Assembly: GCF_009834535.1 (NCBI RefSeq)
Contig: NC_045696.1
Span: 11,658,001-11,722,000, forward strand
From: Camelus ferus
Taxonomy: Eukaryota
Direction of reading: 5' to 3'
DNA: 64,000 bases
Under the pieces are notes generated by a model. It was not told the origin of the DNA. It saw only the letters and a list, made by a program, of their open reading frames with translations, and searched no databases. How positions within the stretch are numbered: the first letter of the stretch is position 1; each line of letters begins with the position of its first letter. Of this stretch, positions 50,422 through 64,000 are shown piece by piece. Position numbers and translations under genes: made by a program.

Positions 50422-52725
50422 CTCTATTTTCGTAACAAACTTTAATGTGTGTTATTCTTCCTACACTGCATTAAGGTGGAAAAGGATTGTTCACTATCAA
50501 AGTTTGAGCTGTTAATACTGTATTGGAGTCTAAATTAGACTTGTTTATTTGATGGAAATAGACATCTTTATGTAGTTACTCTCACTTTTCATTTGTAATA
50601 TTTTTGATTTTTAGCATTTCAGTCATAAGGTAAAGGTTAGTGGTTTTAATGTTAACTGAAAAGCTTGTTTTGCAACTCAGTCAAGGTTTTCTTTTTTTGC
50701 CGTTGTCTTTGTGGTAAATGTTGCCCTAATTACTCTGTAAAGAAAAATTTTGCTGGGGGAAAAATTGGATCCCGACGTTTCCCTACCTGTTGTACTATAC
50801 ATTATCTGATTGGGTATTACTTATTTAGAAGGCTGGGTGTTTTTCCTGCCATCCCGTTAACTTTTTCAAAAGGATGAAAGAAATCAAGGTTAACATTTGC
50901 AAAAGCTTTTTGTCTTATATCTGTTCAAGGGCTTGAATGCAACCTATTCTACAGCCTTGCCTGTTGCCTTTCCTTATCATTTTTTAAACCCCCTGCTGGG
51001 CATAGGTAAACTGAACCTTTTGCCACATATACTTTTATCTCTTCTGTAAAATTGTTGGGTTAACTAGGAAAAATAGTTGTAGGTATCCAAGAACTATTAC
51101 ATGAAGACATCCAAAGCCAAATCAAACCCATACCTGAAATAGTACAGAAAAGCAGTTACATAAAACCGCTTACCCAGTGCCAAGGAAAAGGCTGCCGTTA
51201 CACAATCCAAATATTTATGTCCTTGTTGAAGGTTTTTTCTCACATTTCTTAACTGTCCTAGTTTCAGGGTGCTGAGCAATTAACTTTTTCTTTGCCCTCA
51301 TCCCCAGGTGAAGCTGCTTTATTACTTTGGTTTTAGTTTTCTACAGCAAGATCTTTGTTTTGATGGGGAGAATGTATCTACAGCTATTTTTTTTTGTCCT
51401 TGCTTTTGGAAAATAAGAGAATACGTCATTTCATATTTGCAGACTTGAGTTACAAAATTTTTCCTTAATTTTATGTTGGCCCACCAGGAAGTTTAAAAGT
51501 CCTAGCTGAAACTGCTTCTAGAAAGAGACATTTAATTAGTGTCCAGATTTCCAAGACTTGCAGCCCTGTATTGCCAATATAAAGTATTTACAGCACTCTA
51601 TTTGCACGTGGCAAAACCCCAAACTACCAAGTGGTAGTAATTACACTTGAGGCTTTAAAGGACACAAGCAAGTCCTGTACTTGAGCCTTGTCCCATGTAT
51701 GTAACAAACTACATTAGTGAAGGCCAGTAGTGATTGCTTTTAAACTCCCTGATGATGCGTTTAACAATTTATTGTGAGCAAATTATCACCAATTTAAAAA
51801 CTTTGAAAACACTAGTCTTTTTCTAAATTAGCTTTCCCTACATTTGATAAAGCCCAAATGATGATACATTTGATAAAGCCCAATATACATTTGTGACCAG
51901 TCAAAATTACTTCTGGCTTCTCTATCAGAATAATATTCTGCAATTTTCAATTAATAAACTAGCTCACAGTCAAACCTGAGATTAACATTTAAAACCATTC
52001 TCTTACAGGTATATATTTACATTAACACGTTGATCACTGACTTGAGGATCAGGTGCCCTTGAGGAAATACAAATGTCACCCAAGTTTGGGTGACATGGCA
52101 ATCAATGTGTTGAGAAAATAGACTGGAATTCACTACTTGGATATATAAATTCTTATATTTAAATAGAACACATTTCCTTGCTTCCACCTTACAATAGTAT
52201 AATGCATTTAAGGAGGCTTATCTGAAAGCAGATTGTTCCAACCTCCACTTTTATTATAAACTAAATGTTCGCAGGTCTACAAAAATGGAACATGTGCCAT
52301 TTTGGCAGGTAGGTAAATTAATCTTACTAGCTAACTGAGGCTCTAACCTGCTGTTCACAATTTCACCACAAGCTATCAAAGGGCTCTCTTAAACCGTAAG
52401 ATCTACTTTTTAAAAACTTACATACTTTTTGAATCAAAATACCGAAGTGGCTTAAGCAGGAAAAGTAACTTCCCTAAAATTTAACAAAGGATAGCCTATT
52501 TGTCCAAGATTAAAGTTCAACTTAGTCTTAGCTAAATTTACCAGTTGCTAAAACTAAACATTTTGGTGACCTCAGTTAAAACACCTTAAAAACAGGGCTC
52601 CATGAAATAGTTAATACCTATCAACATAATAATCTGTTCCATTCAAGCTCTGAGTATCAGCTAATTTAGAATTTCAATTTAAATACTTTAACAGGCTCAA
52701 AATACAGTGTCAGAGAAAGTATCTG

Positions 52726-52773
52726 TTTATTGCAGGCTTAAGTGAGAACTGAAGACAGACAATTAAGTTTAAT
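52726..52773 (-). terminator. Candidate SOD1 poly(A) signals
   Basis: Minus-strand AATAAA at 52726-52731 and ATTAAA at 52768-52773, ~255-300 nt past the stop. Confidence 0.6.
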
Positions 52774-53027
52774 ATCCACATGTGATTAAGTGTGGCAAAA
52801 TACAGAGATCAATGAAACACATTTTAACTGAATATGACTTTTACAAAGATACAAATCTTCCAAATGATCACAAATCAGTTCTCATTACAGGAACGTAAAG
52901 CAATTTTTAAAAGTCACACAAATCACACATTTAAGGTTACAGTGTTTAACATTTCTCAAGTTAAATTTCTACAACTAGCAAGACAACAGATGAGTTACTA
53001 GGACTCAGACCACGTCCTAGGGAATGC

Positions 53028-60028
<7,001 letters not shown>

Positions 60029-60131
60029 GACTATCGGGGACGCGCGCCGCTCAGGGCTACGAGGACAACTCAGGCAACGGGAGACGCTGCAGAAGACGCC
60101 GACGCAAAAAGCTACCTCCGCCGCGCGAGAC

Positions 60132-60279
60132 TTTTATAGGCCGGCCGCCGAGCCCCGCCCACCCTGGCCCGGAACCAATCACCGCCCTCGTGCTCAGCCC
60201 GCTCCCCACGGGGGGCCTCGGGACGCGAGTGGCCTGGAATGACCGGGGCGGGGCCACGGGGCCGCGTGGGGAGCCCAAT
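60132..60279 (-). promoter_or_regulatory. SOD1 core promoter: TATA box, GC boxes, inverted CCAAT boxes
   Basis: TATAAAA (minus) 60132-60138, ~105 nt upstream of ATG; GC boxes at 60153-60160 (minus) and 60245-60253 (plus); CCAAT on + at 60175 and 60275. Confidence 0.85.
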
Positions 60280-61189
60280 GCTCCCCGTCGCCGGCTTTTT
60301 CCGCCCCGCGGCTGTAAAACGCCCAGGAAGCTGGAACAGTGGAAAAACCAGCCTTTCTCCTCCAAAGGGTGTAACTCGTGGATTGCAGTACACGAAATTG
60401 GGAACATGAGGTATACATGGCACGCCTTGAAGATCTGAAGCCTATTTGTCTGGAAATGTCATTACTTATAACTGACTTTGGTCATAATGTTGTCGCGTTT
60501 GTTATTTAGGGATGTATCAATCTGGTTCCGTTGGATAGTTCTGTTATTGTCTTGTGTTTTGGGTTTCTGTGAGCATGTAAAGTCGATACATCTCAATCCT
60601 TGGCCTCACCTTTTCTTCCCTGTAGTTTTCTTAGTCCTTGGCACATAGAGTGACTTGTTTGGTTACGCGAATTGTGTATTCTTTTCAAATATTTCCTGTT
60701 TGGCAAGGCCACAACCCTAAAAATACCAACAATGTCAACTGATTGATTTCTACATACCTCTGTGTTTTGTCTGACTCTGCCACAACAGATTACAAAAACA
60801 TATGAAATGAGCAAACAGTACAAACTACTTTTGTGGGGTTTTATTTAAAAGTATAAACGTCTTTGCTTGTGTGCTCAGAAACCTTGAGAAAGATGTATAG
60901 GAGACTGCAGGTGGGTACCCTTGGGGAGTGCGAATTAAACTTTCACTAATGTTCTCTTAAAACTTTTTTTTTCTTTTTTGCGGTGAACATGCATTTGTCT
61001 GCAACAGTTTGGCTTAGAATGAGAATCCTCTTGCACCAGATACACATACTAGTGTTGGGGGAATAGTTTAGTAAGCTGAGGGCTCCAGAGGGGGCATTGA
61101 GGAGAGAAAAAAAATCCATCTTCCCTCCCCATGGTGCTGCCTGCATAACAAAGATGAGTGAACTGTTTTCGGAGCAGGCAAGGTTAACT

Positions 61190-61353
61190 TAACCTGGAAG
61201 CATGTCTTGGACTCACCCAGAGAGCTCATTAAACTGCAGGTTGCTGTGTTTCTGACTCACTGAGTCTGGAGTGGAACATGGAATTGGCATTCCAACTGTG
61301 TTCCCAGGTAGTGCTGATAATTCTGGTCTGGGATCACACTTCGAGGAACTCTG
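61190..61353. mobile_element. MER5A-like remnant
   Basis: ttctgactcactgagtctgg...ttcccaggtagtgctgat...gggatcacacttcgaggaac. Confidence 0.55.
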
Positions 61354-62303
61354 ACTTGCAGGTGTTTTTCACGCGCAGTGAAGTATACAAGTTGGGGGCA
61401 AGAGCCTGGACCCACTTGACTCAGAAGAGGAGATGGGGAAAGCGTCCTGAAAAGAAATGGGGAGTCAAGGAGACCCAGGCAGGGGCCAGTCAGGGACCTA
61501 AGGGAGAAGAGCTCGGGCTGCTGGGGATTTCTTTTGCCTTTGTTTTGTGGGATTGAAATCCTTCCCATCTCCCCTAGAACTCCAACACAATCCATGTAAT
61601 GCTCCGTAAGAAGGATTTTATTGTGAGGAGGATGTTGAAACACTGAGGCATAATTCAAGGCCAGAGTGAAACAAAGCAGAGTCTTGCTTCAGCCCCACAT
61701 CTTGGCTTACAGTACTTATTTATTTAATTATACTCTTGGTCTCTAAGTCATCTTCTGTCAGAGGTACACAATCTACATTTTTCTTTATCATCCTCTAGAA
61801 AGTATATATTTGTAATTTTGCTTATTGTACTTACTAGAATTTTCCAGATAATTGGCATAGGCTAGGCAGTTGCATAAATGTGCCAATATCAGCCAAAGGG
61901 CCTTTGCCCAAGGCTGAAGTTTCTTTGGGTTCTTGGAAGTTGGAATCAGATTTCAGTTCACTTGCCAACAAAGCAGCCCACGAATACAAAAAGGGCCCCT
62001 GGGATCATGAGTCCCTCCTCTTTGAGATAGGTAGACAAAGCCTGGGTCGGTGCCAGGGCTTGTGTTGCACAGGATTAGAGGACCCGTGAGGTTCATTCCT
62101 AGTACTGCCCTCACACCTGCGCATGGGGGTCCCACACTTTAGAGGGCCCTTTTCTGTCCCTGTTCAGTCCACTTCTCCCATGGGGGAAAGAGTGTGGAGC
62201 CAAGAAGGTGGTCCCACCCAGAATCTTACCCCTCTTTCTAGAGCAGGGTTAAGGAATTTAAATATGTGATCCTGAATAGCATTATTGTCCTCCTAAATTA
62301 AAG

Positions 62304-62521
62304 CAGGGTATCTCAACCTCGGCACTGCTAATATTTGGGGCCAGATACACCTTTTTTGCAGGGGGCTGTCCTGTGCATTGCAGTATATTTAGTATCATCC
62401 CCGGCTTCTTACTTCTAGATGCTCTAATCACCCCCCTCGCCGAGCTGTGACAACCAAAATTTCTCCAGACATTGCCAAATGTTCCCTGGGAGGCAAAATT
62501 GCCCTCAGTTGAGAACCACTG
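62304..62521. mobile_element. MER20 hAT-Charlie DNA transposon, full length
   Basis: cagggtatctcaacctcggcact...gggggctgtcctgtgcattg...tgtgacaaccaaaatttctccagacattgccaaatg...gttgagaaccactg. Confidence 0.88.
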
Positions 62522-64000
62522 TTCAAGAACAAGCATTAAGTATCCAGGACCCTGGCCCTAATAGCCTTCAGTCTGTTTCTAGGACCTGGACAGGCTACTG
62601 ATGGACTGTACCACCATGGGTACACACCTAAACTTGACCATAGGCCCCTCTCAGTGCAACCTGGAGCCCTCCATGGGGAAAGAAGGAGGAAAGACCAGGG
62701 TGGGGGCATCAGGCTCTCATTCTACTGCCACTTTCCTACAGAGACGTCCAAGAATTCCAAATCTGAACCTGCCTTCCAGGTCTTCGTAAAGCTATATTTG
62801 TGAAGGCAGGAGGATAAATTACATTTTATTTAGCTGTGTTATTTTGATTTAAAATATTTAAACATACAGCATATGATAGGAGGGCCTCCATTTGTGCCCT
62901 TGCCCATGCCCTGTAAATGTTAGGGCGGCCCTGTTCATTTTGACCTTGAGATTCCATGATCCAATGGCTTTGGGGTGCTCCTGCCCAATAATCTAGTCAT
63001 GGAGTTCATGTGTGTGACCAGAGAACCCAGGCAATTTTGAAAAGTTCAAATCCCATTGAGAGTCATTATCTCCAAGAGATCAAGCGAATCTGAAAGCAGC
63101 CTGAGTTGTCTTGAGCCCAGGAATGAGGCTGGAATCTGATAGTCAGAATTGGGCACAGGTATTCCAGGGAGTCTCTGATTTTGTGGGGAATGATGAGGGC
63201 TGGCGGCTTCAGATCAGACTGCAGCTCATGCAGATGACTAAGCAATTGTCAGTGTGTCATTCTGACCCCTGAGGATGAAAATCAGTCTTTGAGGACCTCT
63301 GTGATTAGGAGGGTAACAAGAAGGTAGACCAGAAGCTCAGTCTTGCATTTCCGTCATTTTCATCTTCTTCTTCCTCTTTTCTTAGAACCCATTCTTCTCT
63401 TCTCTCCTTTATCTCACCTCTCTCTTCCCATAAATCATTTTTCCTTCTGTAATTCCAGGTAATCCCCCTCAACATCTTCATCATTCTCAGTAAATAAGCA
63501 ATTTTCTATTAATCTCCTCCATGTCCAGCATCACAGAGGCGTTATCACCAAGGCCTTTGCTGATGAAAAAGTGTATATTATGCAAATCGTAGGACAGTGT
63601 CAGAACTAGAGGAAATCCAAAAGAAGCAAAGTACAAAAAGAGAGGCTTATTCTAATGCTAAGAAATAAATGCACTAATAACTAGGGAGCAAATTAGAAAC
63701 CGTTAAAGGCAGTTTTAGCTAGTCCTACCAGCAGACATTTAGTGTTAGTAAATCCCTAAAACAGAAAGCTATTACCAGTAAGCACTGTAAGAAGATTATA
63801 TCACAGAATCATGAAGTAGCTGAGGCATTTTTAAAAGTTGGAGAGGAGAAAAAGTATAAAAATAAATTTAGATTGTTAGTAAGCAGGACTGAACAGCCTG
63901 CAATTAGAAATTTATGAACTGTAATTGACAGCTGTATATTTAATTATCTTGGCAGTAGCCTATTTCATATGATCTCTGTTTAGCAGTTTCAGCCTGGGCT

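Noticed and set aside
60330..64000. Possible divergent lncRNA from the SOD1 CpG island
   Set aside because: Plausible but no exon structure can be supported from sequence alone

Overview
Mammalian (eutherian) genomic DNA, AT-rich, most likely a camelid: inferred from a tRNA-derived SINE family with an AAAT/C-run tail and a 153-aa SOD1 starting MALKAV. Two convergent spliced genes. (1) SCAF4 (SR-related CTD-associated factor 4) on +: exons 2-20 traced with consistent phases from 15460 to the stop at 50086 (1144 codons plus stop). Exon 1 lies left of the window, so 1-15459 is intron 1. (2) Complete SOD1 (Cu/Zn superoxide dismutase) on -: 5 exons, ATG 60028 to stop 53028, GC-AG first intron, CpG-island/TATA promoter. 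The rest is intronic/intergenic with L1, L2, MIR, LTR, DNA-transposon and SINE remnants. Most ORF-track entries are spurious. I cannot demonstrate a wholly new biological system. The best leads are candidate cryptic/terminal exons and intronic poly(A) signals in SCAF4 (itself a suppressor of premature polyadenylation, so autoregulation is plausible), an expanded poly-Ala tract and QQPPPT repeat in SCAF4, and a perfect ARE plus a G4 motif at SOD1. Comparisons with human sequence are from memory, and repeat family names come from pattern recognition, not from a search.
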